Origin: Candidatus Rokubacteria bacterium RIFCSPLOWO2_02_FULL_73_56
Lineage (GTDB): Bacteria; Methylomirabilota; Methylomirabilia; Rokubacteriales; CSP1-6
Assembly (NCBI GenBank): GCA_001788495.1
Contig: MGCF01000111.1
Coordinates: 9,101-73,100 of the forward strand
Length of the DNA stretch: 64,000 nucleotides
Direction of reading: 5' to 3'
The notes below the pieces were generated by a model, which saw nothing but the letters and a program-made list of their open reading frames with translations, did no database searches and had not been told where the DNA came from. Every line of letters begins with the position of its first letter. Position 1 is the first letter of the stretch. Position numbers and translations under genes: made by a program. Shown piece by piece: positions 17,443 through 26,853 of the stretch.

Positions 17443-18902
17443 CAGCTGGTGCCTCCTGCGAGGTGCGCCTTGAGGATCTTGCCCGTGGCGCTCCGGGGCA
17501 GGGCGGGCAGGATCGTGACCCGGCGCGGGTACTTGAACCCGGCGAGCCGCTCGCGGCAGTGAGCGATCAGCGTCTCGGCGTCGCACGCGGCGCCCGGGCG
17601 CAGCGCGACGAAGGCCGTGACCTCCTCGCCGAGCTCGGCGTGGGGCACGCCGAGCACGGCCGCCTCGGCGACGTCGGGGTGCGCCAGCAGCACGGCCTCG
17701 ACCTCCGCGGGGAACACGGAGTAGCCGCCGCGCAGGATGCGCTCGCGCTCGCGCCCGGTGATCGCGACGAAGCCGCCGGGCAGCAGGCGCGCGAGGTCGC
17801 CCGTGCGGAACCAGCCGTCGGCGAGCACGGCGCGCGTCTCCTCGGGCGCCGCCAGGTAGCCGTCCATCGCGGCCGGGGTCCGGATCCAGAGCTCGCCCAC
17901 CGCGCCGGCGTCGACGTCGCGCCCGTCCGCGTCCACCAGCCGCACCTCGACGCCGGGCACGGGCCGGCCCACGGACCCGGGCAGGTCGGTCGGGTCGTCG
18001 GCGAGGTAGGAGACCGGCCGGAACAGCTCGGTCATCCCGTAGCCGCGCAGGATCCGCACGCCCGTGCGCGCGCGCCACTCCTCGGCGAGGTCCCACGCGA
18101 GCGGCGCGGCGCCCGAGACGCAGAGCCGGAGCGAGGCGAGGTCGGCCGCGGCGAGCGCGCCGCTGTCGAGGATGCGGCGGAACATGGTCGCGACGCCGGG
18201 GAAGACGGTCACGCGATGACGGCGGATCGCGTCGAGCGCCGCCTCCGGCGTGAACCGCTCGACCAGGACGACGCGCGCGCCCGCCAGCAGCGGGGCGAGC
18301 AGCGCGCCGTTCAGGCCGAAGGCGTGGGCGAGCGGGAGCACCGCCAGGACGACGTCCGCTGGCCGGAGCGCCATGACGGGGCCGGCCCAGGACCGGTTGG
18401 CGAACGCGAGCGCGGCGTGGGAGAGCACGGCGCCCTTCGGCCGCCCCGTGCTCCCCGACGTGTAGAGCACGAGCGCGGGTGCATCGCCGCGGGCAGAGCC
18501 TGGAGCGGGCGGGCCGAGACCCGTCGTCGTTCTCGTGGTCGAGGGGGGCGCAGCCCCGGCCCGCCCCCCATCCGCGGCGACGTCGCGCTCGGCCAGGAGC
18601 AGGCGCGGCGCGAGGTCGGCGAGGATCGCCTCGCGGTCGTCGGGCTTGAGGAACACGTCGAGCGGCGCCACGGTGGCGCCGAGCCTCCAGCCGGCGAGCA
18701 GCGCCACGGCGAGCGCGGCGCGGTTGCCGAGCGCGAGCGCGAGGCGGTCGCCCGGGCCGACGCCGCGTGCGGCGAGCGTCTCGGCGCAGGCCGCGGCGCG
18801 CCGGTGGAGCTCGCCCGCCGCGAGCCCGCCCTCCTCCCAGACGAGGGCGGGCGCGGCGGGCGCCCGGCGCGCGCTCGCCTCGAGGAGGCCGCCGAAGCTC
18901 AG
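17442..18902 (-). CDS. AMP-dependent acyl-CoA synthetase/ligase (start codon uncertain)
   Basis: AMP-binding motifs LYTSGSTGRPKG, GYGMTE, WFRTGD and SATGKILK. The homologous N-terminus starts at LSFGGLLEASARRAP, where the only start-like codon is a CTG that overlaps the UbiD stop (CTGA). The next in-frame canonical start is a GTG at 19007, about 105 nt inside the UbiD gene. Confidence 0.8.
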   Translation of the reverse strand: MSFGGLLEASARRAPAAPALVWEEGGLAAGELHRRAAACAETLAARGVGPGDRLALALGNRAALAVALLAGWRLGATVAPLDVFLKPDDREAILADLAPRLLLAERDVAADGGRAGAAPPSTTRTTTGLGPPAPGSARGDAPALVLYTSGSTGRPKGAVLSHAALAFANRSWAGPVMALRPADVVLAVLPLAHAFGLNGALLAPLLAGARVVLVERFTPEAALDAIRRHRVTVFPGVATMFRRILDSGALAAADLASLRLCVSGAAPLAWDLAEEWRARTGVRILRGYGMTELFRPVSYLADDPTDLPGSVGRPVPGVEVRLVDADGRDVDAGAVGELWIRTPAAMDGYLAAPEETRAVLADGWFRTGDLARLLPGGFVAITGRERERILRGGYSVFPAEVEAVLLAHPDVAEAAVLGVPHAELGEEVTAFVALRPGAACDAETLIAHCRERLAGFKYPRRVTILPALPRSATGKILKAHLAGGTS

Positions 18903-20254
18903 GGCAGGAAGTCCTTCAGGTCGAGCCGCTGCCAGACGGCCGGCGGCACCCGGTGGCGCGGCGTGTACGCCGCGAGCGAGGGCTTGGCCGTCGCGTCCAC
19001 ACCCCACTTCGCCGTGGAGCCGTCCTCGCGTGCCGAGGGGTCGAGGTCCGAGCCCCGGGTGTTGGTGACGACCGTGAGGTCGCGGTCGGGCTGGCAGCGC
19101 GTCGCGATCGCCCAGTTGACCTGCCGGTCGTCGAACACGTCCACGTCGTGGTCCACGACGACCACGCGCTTCACGTAGAGGTCGGCGCCGAGCGCGGCGA
19201 GGATCGCGTTCTTCGCCTGGCCCGGGACGCGCTGTTCGATCGAGACGAAGCAGGTGAAGGGGCCCGGCACGCGCACGGCCCTGACCGAGGGAACCATGGC
19301 ACGGACCGCGCGGCGGAGGTTGGCCTCCATCGGGATCGTGGACAGCAACATGTGGTCGAGGTGGGCCACCGTGATGTCGTGGAACATCGCGTCCCGCCGG
19401 TGGGTGATCGCCTTGACGCGCACGATCTCGCGCTGGCGCTCGCCGAGGCTGTAGCCGGTGAACTCGCCGAACGGGCCCTCCGGCGTGCGCTCGCGCGGCA
19501 GGATCTCGCACTCGAGCACCAGCTCGGCGTGCGCGGGCACGAGGACGTCGGAGGTCTCGCAGCGCACCAGCTCGAGCGGCTCGCCGAGGAGCGCCCCCAT
19601 GATCCCGCGCTCGTCCTCGTCGATCGAGCCGATGGCGAGCGCGCCGAGGCCGATCGCCGGGTGGACGCCGATCACGAGCGCGACCGGCAGCGCCTCGCCG
19701 CGCGCCTCGGCGATCCGGTGGAACTCCCAGAGGTGCTTGCCCGTCGTGAGGTGGATCGACGTCCGGTCGCGTCCCTTGACCATGAGGCGGTTGTAGGCGC
19801 AGTTCCAGGTCTCCGTCGTCGGGTCCTTCGCGAACGAGATCGCGGCGGTGAAGTACGGGCCGGCGTCCCCCTCGTGGTGGACGATCTGCGGCAGGTCGTA
19901 GAGGTTGATCTTCTCGCCGGTGAGCACGACCTCCTTGACGGGGCCGGTCGCCACCACCTTCGGCGGCAGCGGCTTCTCCATCGCCTCGAGATATCTCGCC
20001 TGCGTCTCCGCCGGCGCCACGCCCATCGCCGCGGCCAGGCGCGGTCGGCTCGCATGCAGGTTGGTCAGCACGGGGAAGTTCGTGCCCTTCACGCGCTCGA
20101 ACAGGAGCACCGGGCGGCGCCGGGCCTCGCGCTCGAGCTTGACGACGAGCGCGGTCAGCTCGTACGCCGGGTCCACCTCCCGCGAGACGATGCGGAACTC
20201 CTCGGGCCTCTGCCGCTTGACCAGATCGAGGAAGCTTCTCAGATCCTGCGCCAT
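18899..20254 (-). CDS. UbiD-family (prFMN-dependent) decarboxylase, copy 1 (451 aa)
   Basis: UbiD pattern: PVLLFERVKG, GPYFTAAISFAKDP, NCAYNRLMV, EGPFGEFTGYS and VVVVDHDVDVFDDRQVNWAIATRCQPDRD. Confidence 0.9.
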   Translation of the reverse strand: MAQDLRSFLDLVKRQRPEEFRIVSREVDPAYELTALVVKLEREARRRPVLLFERVKGTNFPVLTNLHASRPRLAAAMGVAPAETQARYLEAMEKPLPPKVVATGPVKEVVLTGEKINLYDLPQIVHHEGDAGPYFTAAISFAKDPTTETWNCAYNRLMVKGRDRTSIHLTTGKHLWEFHRIAEARGEALPVALVIGVHPAIGLGALAIGSIDEDERGIMGALLGEPLELVRCETSDVLVPAHAELVLECEILPRERTPEGPFGEFTGYSLGERQREIVRVKAITHRRDAMFHDITVAHLDHMLLSTIPMEANLRRAVRAMVPSVRAVRVPGPFTCFVSIEQRVPGQAKNAILAALGADLYVKRVVVVDHDVDVFDDRQVNWAIATRCQPDRDLTVVTNTRGSDLDPSAREDGSTAKWGVDATAKPSLAAYTPRHRVPPAVWQRLDLKDFLP

Positions 20255-20276
20255 GTTCGATCTCCCGGTCGCGGCG

Positions 20277-20696
20277 TCAGCGGTCGCCGACGACTCTGAG
20301 GCCGCAGGCTCTCGCGGCAGTTCCCAGGGCGACGTCGTGGGTAGCCATGACGAGGCCGGTTCCGATGCGCTCGTTCCAGAGGAGCGCCGTGGCGAGATGG
20401 ATGGCGTCGAGGGTCCCGAGCTCCGTCGGCAATGGCTGGGCCGCCCGGGCCAGCACCGGCGCGGTGACTTCGACGAGCTCCATGCTCTCCAGAAGCCGGA
20501 ACACCGCCGCCCGCCGGCGAGCGAGGTCCCGGTCGGGGAGACCGGCGCGCAGGCGGAGGCGGTCCAGGGTCCGCAGGCACTCGGTTTCGACGAGCGCACT
20601 GGCGACACCCGTCCGGATGCCCCTCCACTCCTTAAGGGAGCCGGCCTGCCGGAGCACCTTGCGGAGGAGGACGGACGAGTCGACGTAGGCGATCAT
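20277..20696 (-). CDS. vapC: PIN-domain toxin (VapC-type ribonuclease)
   Basis: MIAYVDSSVLL (first acidic residue), ETECL, LGTLDAIHLATAL and THDVAL are typical PIN acidic and structural motifs. The start overlaps the antitoxin stop by 4 nt. Confidence 0.85.
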   Translation of the reverse strand: MIAYVDSSVLLRKVLRQAGSLKEWRGIRTGVASALVETECLRTLDRLRLRAGLPDRDLARRRAAVFRLLESMELVEVTAPVLARAAQPLPTELGTLDAIHLATALLWNERIGTGLVMATHDVALGTAARACGLRVVGDR

Positions 20697-20962
20697 CGCT
20701 CGTGCTGCCGCTCCTCGTGGAGAAGCGCGACCACGTCGACCTTCAAGCGCAGGCGCGGCGGGAGCGTCACCCGATGGAGCCTCGGCGCTCCGGGCCGGGG
20801 CCGGCGGACGCTGAGCGTCTCGGGCTCCCGTGCGTACGGCACGAGTCGGGCCACGGGGGTATCCCGGTCGAGCACGGTCAGCGTGCGGCCCCGGCGGACC
20901 GTGCGGAGGTGCTTGCTCAGTCGCGCCTTCAGGTCCGCGATGCGGATGGCATTCATGGTCAT
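20693..20962 (-). CDS. Type II antitoxin, Phd/YefM-like
   Basis: N-terminus MNAIRIADLKARLSKHLRTVRRGRTLTVLDRDTPVARLVP matches the Phd/YefM pattern. Alternative ATG starts at 20956 and 20983. Confidence 0.75.
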   Translation of the reverse strand: MTMNAIRIADLKARLSKHLRTVRRGRTLTVLDRDTPVARLVPYAREPETLSVRRPRPGAPRLHRVTLPPRLRLKVDVVALLHEERQHER

Positions 20963-21008
20963 AAGATAGTCATGACTGGTCATGTTGTCAACGCCACCGA
21001 GGGGCCGC

Positions 21009-22019
21009 TCAGAGCTTGTAGAGGCGGCGGCAGTTGTCGGCGAGCACCTTGCGCTTCTGCGCGTCGGTGAGGTCGCCACGGTTCCGGATCTCGTCGATCG
21101 AGCCCGGGAAGCTGTGGTCCCAGTGCGGGAAGTCGGAAGCGTAGACGATCTGGTTCTCGCCCACGAGCTTGAGCGCCTGGGGCAGGAGCCACTCGTCGGC
21201 CTCGCACGAGAAGTAGATCCTGCCCGCGCGCACGTAGGCGCTCGGCTTCTGCTTGAGCACCGGCGCCTCGACCTCGCCCCGCTTGTCGTACTCGTCGTCC
21301 ATCCGCTCCATCCAGTACGGCGCCCAGCCGGCGCCGGCCTCGAGGAACGCCAGGCGGAGGTCCGGGAAGCGCTCGGGGATCCCCTCGAGGACGATGGACG
21401 TGAGCTGGCGCATCTGGCCGAACGGGTGCGAGCACGTGTGCGCCTGGATGAAGCGCGGGAAGAGGTCCACGCCCGCGCCGCCCAGGTGCGAGCCCGAGGC
21501 GTGGACGGCCAGGGCCACGTCGAGGCGCTGCGCCTCCTCGTAGATGGGCGCGAACCGCTCGTCGCCGAGGACGTGCGGGCCGTCGGCGGCGAGCATGCCG
21601 CCCACGTGGCCGAGCTCCCGCACCGCGCGCCGGAGCTCGTTCGCCGCCGCCTCGGGGTGCTGGATCGGCAGGAGCGCGACGGCCTTGAGCCGCGGGCTCA
21701 CCCGGAGGAACTCCTCGTGGAGCAGCGTGTTGTAGGCGCGGCAGAGCCGCACGGCCCACTCGCGGTCCCGGAGGAAGCTCATGAAGAGGCCGAGCGTCGG
21801 GTACAGCACCGCCAGCTCCATGCCGCCCCGGTCGAGCGCCCGGAGCCAGCTCTCGGCGTCGCCCGCCCAGTCGTGGAACTTGTCCACGAGCCGGCGGTCC
21901 CAGCCGTCCGCGGTGTACCAGGGGAACGTGAGCGGGCGGTTCCTGTACGGCGCGTCCAGGTACCGCTGGAGCTGCTCGTAGGACTCGGTCACGTGCCCGT
22001 CGGCGTCCAGCACCGTCAT
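21009..22019 (-). CDS. Amidohydrolase_2 (ACMSD/LigW-type metal-dependent hydrolase/decarboxylase) family protein
   Basis: VLDADGHV N-terminal metal motif, HASGSH, AFLEAGAGW and YASDFPHWD, as in PF04909 proteins. Confidence 0.8.
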   Translation of the reverse strand: MTVLDADGHVTESYEQLQRYLDAPYRNRPLTFPWYTADGWDRRLVDKFHDWAGDAESWLRALDRGGMELAVLYPTLGLFMSFLRDREWAVRLCRAYNTLLHEEFLRVSPRLKAVALLPIQHPEAAANELRRAVRELGHVGGMLAADGPHVLGDERFAPIYEEAQRLDVALAVHASGSHLGGAGVDLFPRFIQAHTCSHPFGQMRQLTSIVLEGIPERFPDLRLAFLEAGAGWAPYWMERMDDEYDKRGEVEAPVLKQKPSAYVRAGRIYFSCEADEWLLPQALKLVGENQIVYASDFPHWDHSFPGSIDEIRNRGDLTDAQKRKVLADNCRRLYKL

Positions 22020-22028
22020 CGAGGCCTC

Positions 22029-23738
22029 CTAGGGCTTCTTGCAGATCACGTTCAGGAGCGCCTGGCGGTTCTCGTCGCGGACGACCCGGAGGGCGCGGGC
22101 GAGCGCCGCGGGCAGCTCCGCCGGGTCCTCGACCCGCTCGGCGTGGCCGCCCGAGGCGCGGCAGACCAGCTCGTAGTCGGGCGCCGGCTCGAGGTCGGAG
22201 AGCGGGATGTGACCGGCGCGCGCCGCGGAGCCCTCGGGCGCGTGCATCCGCACCGAGCGCTTCACCGCGTTCCAGGCGCGGTTGTTGAAGACCACGAAGA
22301 GCACGGGCAGGGCGTGGGCGCGGCTCGTGAAGTGCGCGGCGACGGGCGCGCCGAAGATGTAAGAGCCGTCCCCCACGCAGCAGATCACCGTGCGCTCGGG
22401 GGCGGCCAGCTTGGCGCCGAGCGCGGCGCCGAGGCCCCAGCCGAGGCTCGCCGACGGCGACGAGCCGAAGTAGGTGCCGGGGGCGCGGAAGCAGGCCTGG
22501 GTGCTGTCGAGGTCGTACTCGTCCACCACGATCGTGCCCTCGTCGACGAGGTCGCCGACCGCGCGCGAGAGCCAGGCGAAGTCGATCGGCCGGTCGCCGG
22601 CCACCCGGCGCGCGGCCTCGGCCCAGCCGCCCCGCAGGCGCGCGTGCTCGGCGCGCCAGCGCGCGGCCCGCTCGGCGGCGGCGCCCGCGTCCGCGAGCGG
22701 GACCAGCGCGTCGGCCAGCGCCCGGAGCGTGAGGCGCGGCGTCCCGGCCAGCGCGACCTCGGCCGGGAAGCCGCGGATCGGGTAGCGCGAGAAGAGCGGG
22801 TCCACGCCGACCTGGATCACGCGCGCGTCGGCGCGCGGCGCCTTGAGGGCCGGAAACCACGGCACGTCCGACTCGACGGCGACGATCACGTCGGCGTCCT
22901 GCAGGTACGGCGTGGCGTCGAAGCCGGCGTGGAGCGGATGGTCCTGGGGGAAGTTCACGTGGGTGTGAAACTGGTCCACGAACGGCGCGCCCAGCCGCTC
23001 GGCCAGCGCGACCAGCGGCGCCACCGCCCCCGGGTCGCGCCCGGCGGCCTTGGCCAGGAGCAGCGGGCTCCGCGCCGCGGCGAGCAGCCGCGCGGCCTCC
23101 GCGACCGCCTCCGGCGCGGCCACCTGCTCGGACGGGCGCGGCATGCGGCTCGGGTCGCTGTACTCGAGCGTCTCGCAGGGCTCGGCCAGCACCTCGCGGG
23201 GCAGGGTGAGGTACACGGGGCCCTGGGGCTCGGCCCGGGCGATGGCCAGGGCGCGGTCCACGACGGTCTCGAGCTGGGCGAGGTTGCGCAGCTCGTAGTC
23301 CCACTTGACGAACTCGCGGAGCATCGCGCCCTGGTCGAACGACTCCTGCGCCCAGTGGATCGGCCGGTTGCGGCTGCCGCGGAAGCCGGCCTCGGTGATC
23401 GGGGTGCGCCCGGCGGTGAACAGGATCGGCGCGTTGGCGCGGGCGGCGTTGATGATCGAGCCGAGCGCGTTGGCCGCGCCCACGATGACGTGGACCATCA
23501 CCGCCTGGGGGCGGCCGGTCAGCATCGCGTAGCCGTGGGCCATCGAGACCGCCACGACCTCGTGGGGGACGGTGAGCGCGCGGGGCTGGACGAGGCCCTG
23601 CGCCTGGCGGTGCGCGAGCGCCTCGATCAGCGGGGCGAAGTCCGTGCCCGCGTTGCCGAAGAGGTACTCCACGCCGCGGGCCGCCAGCAGCTCCAGGTAC
23701 GCTTCCGCCGTCGTCTCGACGCTGGCCTTCCTGATCAT
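22029..23738 (-). CDS. Thiamine-diphosphate-dependent enzyme (acetolactate synthase / benzoylformate decarboxylase-like)
   Basis: N-terminal Pyr domain (AEAYLELLAARGVEYLFGNAGTDFAPLIEAL...HEVVAVSMAHGYA). C-terminal ThDP-binding motif (CCVGDGSYIF...VVFNNRAWN). ATG at 23738. The track ORF extends 38 codons further upstream without support. Confidence 0.85.
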   Translation of the reverse strand: MIRKASVETTAEAYLELLAARGVEYLFGNAGTDFAPLIEALAHRQAQGLVQPRALTVPHEVVAVSMAHGYAMLTGRPQAVMVHVIVGAANALGSIINAARANAPILFTAGRTPITEAGFRGSRNRPIHWAQESFDQGAMLREFVKWDYELRNLAQLETVVDRALAIARAEPQGPVYLTLPREVLAEPCETLEYSDPSRMPRPSEQVAAPEAVAEAARLLAAARSPLLLAKAAGRDPGAVAPLVALAERLGAPFVDQFHTHVNFPQDHPLHAGFDATPYLQDADVIVAVESDVPWFPALKAPRADARVIQVGVDPLFSRYPIRGFPAEVALAGTPRLTLRALADALVPLADAGAAAERAARWRAEHARLRGGWAEAARRVAGDRPIDFAWLSRAVGDLVDEGTIVVDEYDLDSTQACFRAPGTYFGSSPSASLGWGLGAALGAKLAAPERTVICCVGDGSYIFGAPVAAHFTSRAHALPVLFVVFNNRAWNAVKRSVRMHAPEGSAARAGHIPLSDLEPAPDYELVCRASGGHAERVEDPAELPAALARALRVVRDENRQALLNVICKKP

Positions 23739-23841
23739 CGGCTCGCTCCCGGCGCTCGCTCGCGGCGGAGCCGGAGCATCCGCCGCGCGTTGCCCTCGTC
23801 GAAGAACCGGCGAGGAAAGATGTGCGGGAAGACGTCGATCT

Positions 23842-25761
23842 TCACGCGGCATGCTCCGTCGCGGCCACGCGCGCGCCCGTCCGCTGCAGGAGCACGACCA
23901 GGACCCCGAGGCCCAGGCCGACGACGTTGGCCAGCAGCCACCAGGCGCTCGAGGGCGGCGGCAGCAGCAGCAGCCCCGCGAGGCCGAAGCCGGCCCGGCG
24001 GCCCCAGCCCATCGGGCGGAAGAGGTAGCCGACGCACGCCATCGACAGCAGCACGACGCCGAGGACCGCGGTCACCACGGCGAAGCCGACGTCCACGACC
24101 GAGCCCTGCATGAGGAGCGCCGGGTGGTAGGCGAAGAGGAACGGGACCACGTAGGCGACGATCCCGAGGCGCATTCCCGCCCAGCCCGTGCGCATGAAGT
24201 CCGCGCCCCCGATCGAGGCGGCGGCGAACGTCGCGAGGCAGACGGGCGGCGTGATCATCGAGAGCATGCCGAAGTAGAACAGGAACAGGTGCGCGCCGAG
24301 CGGCGCCAGCCCGAGCTGCACGAGCGCCGGGCCCACCAGCACCGCGAGCATCACGTAGACGACGGCCGTCGGCATCCCCATGCCGAGCACGATGCAGACG
24401 ACCGCGCTCAGCAGGAGGAGGGCGAGGGAGCTGCCGCCGGCCACGTTCACGAGCAGCGCCGAGAACTTGAAGCCGAGGCCCGAGAGCTGGAGCGCGCCGA
24501 TCACGAAGCCCGCGACCGCGGTGATCGCGGCGATGTCGAGGAGGATGCGCCCGGTCTCGACCATCGCCTGGAACAGGCGCGCGAGCGTCAGGCGCTCGGT
24601 GCGCCGCAGGGCGCCCACGAGCACGGTGGCGACCACGGCCGACATGCCCGCCTTGCCGGGCTCCCAGTTGTCGATCATGAGCGTGTAGAAGAGCACGGCG
24701 ATCGGCACCAGGAAGCCCCAGCCGCGCCGGCACACGACGGCGGCCCGGGGCAGCTCGGCGCGCGCGAGCCCGCGGAGGCCGTGCTTGGCCGCCTCGAGGT
24801 CCACCTGGACGAACAGGGCCAGGTAGTAGAGCAGCGCCGGGATCAGCGCGGCGAGCGCGACGTCCCCGTACGGCACGGCGAGGAACTCGGCGATGAGGAA
24901 CGCGGCCACGCCCATGACGGGCGGCATGATCTGGCCGCCGGTCGAGGCCACGGCCTCGATGGCCGAGGCCAGGTGGGGCGCGTAGCCCGCGCGCTTCATC
25001 ATCGGGATCGTGATCGGCCCGTCCACGACGACGTTGGACACCGCGCTGCCCGAGACCGTGCCGAACAGGCTGGAGGCCGCCACCGAGACCTTGGCCGGCC
25101 CGCCGCGGAAGCGCCCCATCGCGACCATCGCGATGTCGGTGAGGAAACGGTCGCCACCGCAGGCGTAGAGCACCTGGCCGAAGGCGATGAACGTGACGAC
25201 CACCGTGGCCGTGACCGCGACGGGCAGCCCGAAGAGGCCGTTGGTGTCGAGGTAGAGGTAGACGACGATCCGCTCCCAGGTCGTCTCCTTGGCCTGCAGC
25301 AGCCCGGGCAGCAGGTACGCGAACTTCGCGTAGAGGATGAACCCGGCGCCGAGCCCGACCATCACCCAGCCGACGAGCCGCCGCGTGGCCTCGAGCACGA
25401 GCAGGACGGCGAGCGCGCCGAAGGCGACCTTGTCCCCGGTGAGCACGCCGAGCTGGTAGGCGATCGTCGGGTAGCGCGCGGTGACGTAGAGGCCGACGGC
25501 GAGGCCGCCCGCCGCGAGCAGCCAGTCGTACCAGGGGACCCGGTCGCGCGGCGCCCCGCGGCCCGCGCGCGTGGCGAGGAAGGTGGCGCCGAGGGCGAGC
25601 GCCAGGAACAGGCCGAGGTACTGCTCCTTGAAGATCGCGCGCGGCAGCCACGTCTGGGCCTCGAGCACCCACAGCGCGCCCACGGCCGTCAGCAGGGCCA
25701 GGAGGCCGTGCTCGACGGCCCGTGGAGCGCCCGCCAGCGTCCGGAACCTGCCCTCGGCCAC
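23842..25761 (-). CDS. TRAP transporter fused (DctQ-DctM-like) permease, TAXI type, copy 1
   Basis: 639-aa polytopic protein with the pattern shared by copy 2 (RAIFKEQYLGLFL, GRFRGGPAKVSVAASSLFGTVSGSAVSNV, MKRAGY, YFGMLSMITPPVCLATFAAASI). Confidence 0.9.
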   Translation of the reverse strand: MAEGRFRTLAGAPRAVEHGLLALLTAVGALWVLEAQTWLPRAIFKEQYLGLFLALALGATFLATRAGRGAPRDRVPWYDWLLAAGGLAVGLYVTARYPTIAYQLGVLTGDKVAFGALAVLLVLEATRRLVGWVMVGLGAGFILYAKFAYLLPGLLQAKETTWERIVVYLYLDTNGLFGLPVAVTATVVVTFIAFGQVLYACGGDRFLTDIAMVAMGRFRGGPAKVSVAASSLFGTVSGSAVSNVVVDGPITIPMMKRAGYAPHLASAIEAVASTGGQIMPPVMGVAAFLIAEFLAVPYGDVALAALIPALLYYLALFVQVDLEAAKHGLRGLARAELPRAAVVCRRGWGFLVPIAVLFYTLMIDNWEPGKAGMSAVVATVLVGALRRTERLTLARLFQAMVETGRILLDIAAITAVAGFVIGALQLSGLGFKFSALLVNVAGGSSLALLLLSAVVCIVLGMGMPTAVVYVMLAVLVGPALVQLGLAPLGAHLFLFYFGMLSMITPPVCLATFAAASIGGADFMRTGWAGMRLGIVAYVVPFLFAYHPALLMQGSVVDVGFAVVTAVLGVVLLSMACVGYLFRPMGWGRRAGFGLAGLLLLPPPSSAWWLLANVVGLGLGVLVVLLQRTGARVAATEHAA

Positions 25762-25767
25762 GCGACC

Positions 25768-26796
25768 CTAGGGCTTGATCGCGAGGAGTTTCTGCTGTGC
25801 CGCCTCCATCTCGTCCGTCCACACGCCCTGCGCCTTGTAGAAGCGCACCGCGGCCGGGTGATACGGAATGGTCACGTCGGCGTGCGCGGCGTGCTCGCGC
25901 TTCCAGCCGCGCAGGAGCGGGTGGACCTTCGGGAGCTCGTCGTGCCGCTCCCACAGCGCCTTCAGCACCGTCTCCACCATCCGGTCGGGGATGCCCTTGC
26001 CGACCGTGACGTAGAGGTCGTAGCCGATCACGCAGGTGTCCTCGAGCACGCCGGTGGTCGAGCCCGCCTTGACCCAGACCGGGTAGTAGCCGGGCACGGC
26101 CTCGCGCAGCCGCGTCTCGCCGGCGGGCGAGCAGTCGATGGAGACGTGGCGGACGCCGACGGCGGCGTCGGCCTCCTTGATCTTGGCCGAGCCGACGGCG
26201 TGCTCGGTGACGTCGGCGCGCCCGTTGACCAGCGCAGTGACGCCGTCGTTGACGGCGGGCACCGGGACGACCGTGACGTCCTTCCAGGTGAAGCCCGCGC
26301 TCGCCAGGTGGCCGAACATGTTGTACCAGACCGCCAGGTGCGCCGGGTACTCGCCGGTCATCCGCTTGCCCTTGATGTCGTACACGGTCTTGATCGGCGA
26401 GTCCTTCCTGACGAGCAGGCCGACCTTGAAGGGCGCGCCCCGCAGCAGCAGGCGCGCGTTCGGCGTGTGCGGGAACGGGTTGCGGCCGCCGATCTGGAAC
26501 TTGGGGCCGCGGTACGCGAGCGCCATGTCCACGGCGTTGTTGACGCCGAACTCGAGCTCGCCGCTGTCGAGCAGCGGCAGGAACGTGCTCGAGCCCGAGT
26601 AGGGCTGCACGGCCATCCTGACCGCGCCGGCGTCGCTCACCACCTTGGCGACGCCGCTGCCCACCGAGTAGAACGCCGTGCCGGGCGGGTTGGTACCGAT
26701 GTTGACCGGCTTCTGCGCGAGTGCCGGCGACGCCGCCAGCAGGCCGGCGGCGAGGGCCAGGGGGACGACGCGCGTGACGCGGGAGCGTGGCCTCAT
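25768..26796 (-). CDS. TAXI-family TRAP transporter solute-binding receptor, copy 1
   Basis: Signal peptide ending ALAQKP, then IGTNPPGTAFYSVGSGVAKVV and the C-terminal HPAAVRFYKAQG that is typical of TAXI receptors. Confidence 0.85.
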   Translation of the reverse strand: MRPRSRVTRVVPLALAAGLLAASPALAQKPVNIGTNPPGTAFYSVGSGVAKVVSDAGAVRMAVQPYSGSSTFLPLLDSGELEFGVNNAVDMALAYRGPKFQIGGRNPFPHTPNARLLLRGAPFKVGLLVRKDSPIKTVYDIKGKRMTGEYPAHLAVWYNMFGHLASAGFTWKDVTVVPVPAVNDGVTALVNGRADVTEHAVGSAKIKEADAAVGVRHVSIDCSPAGETRLREAVPGYYPVWVKAGSTTGVLEDTCVIGYDLYVTVGKGIPDRMVETVLKALWERHDELPKVHPLLRGWKREHAAHADVTIPYHPAAVRFYKAQGVWTDEMEAAQQKLLAIKP

Positions 26797-26853
26797 GGGT
26801 TCATCCTCCGCGAGTGTCCGGATCAGGTTGAGCGATGGTAGCCGACTTCCGCC

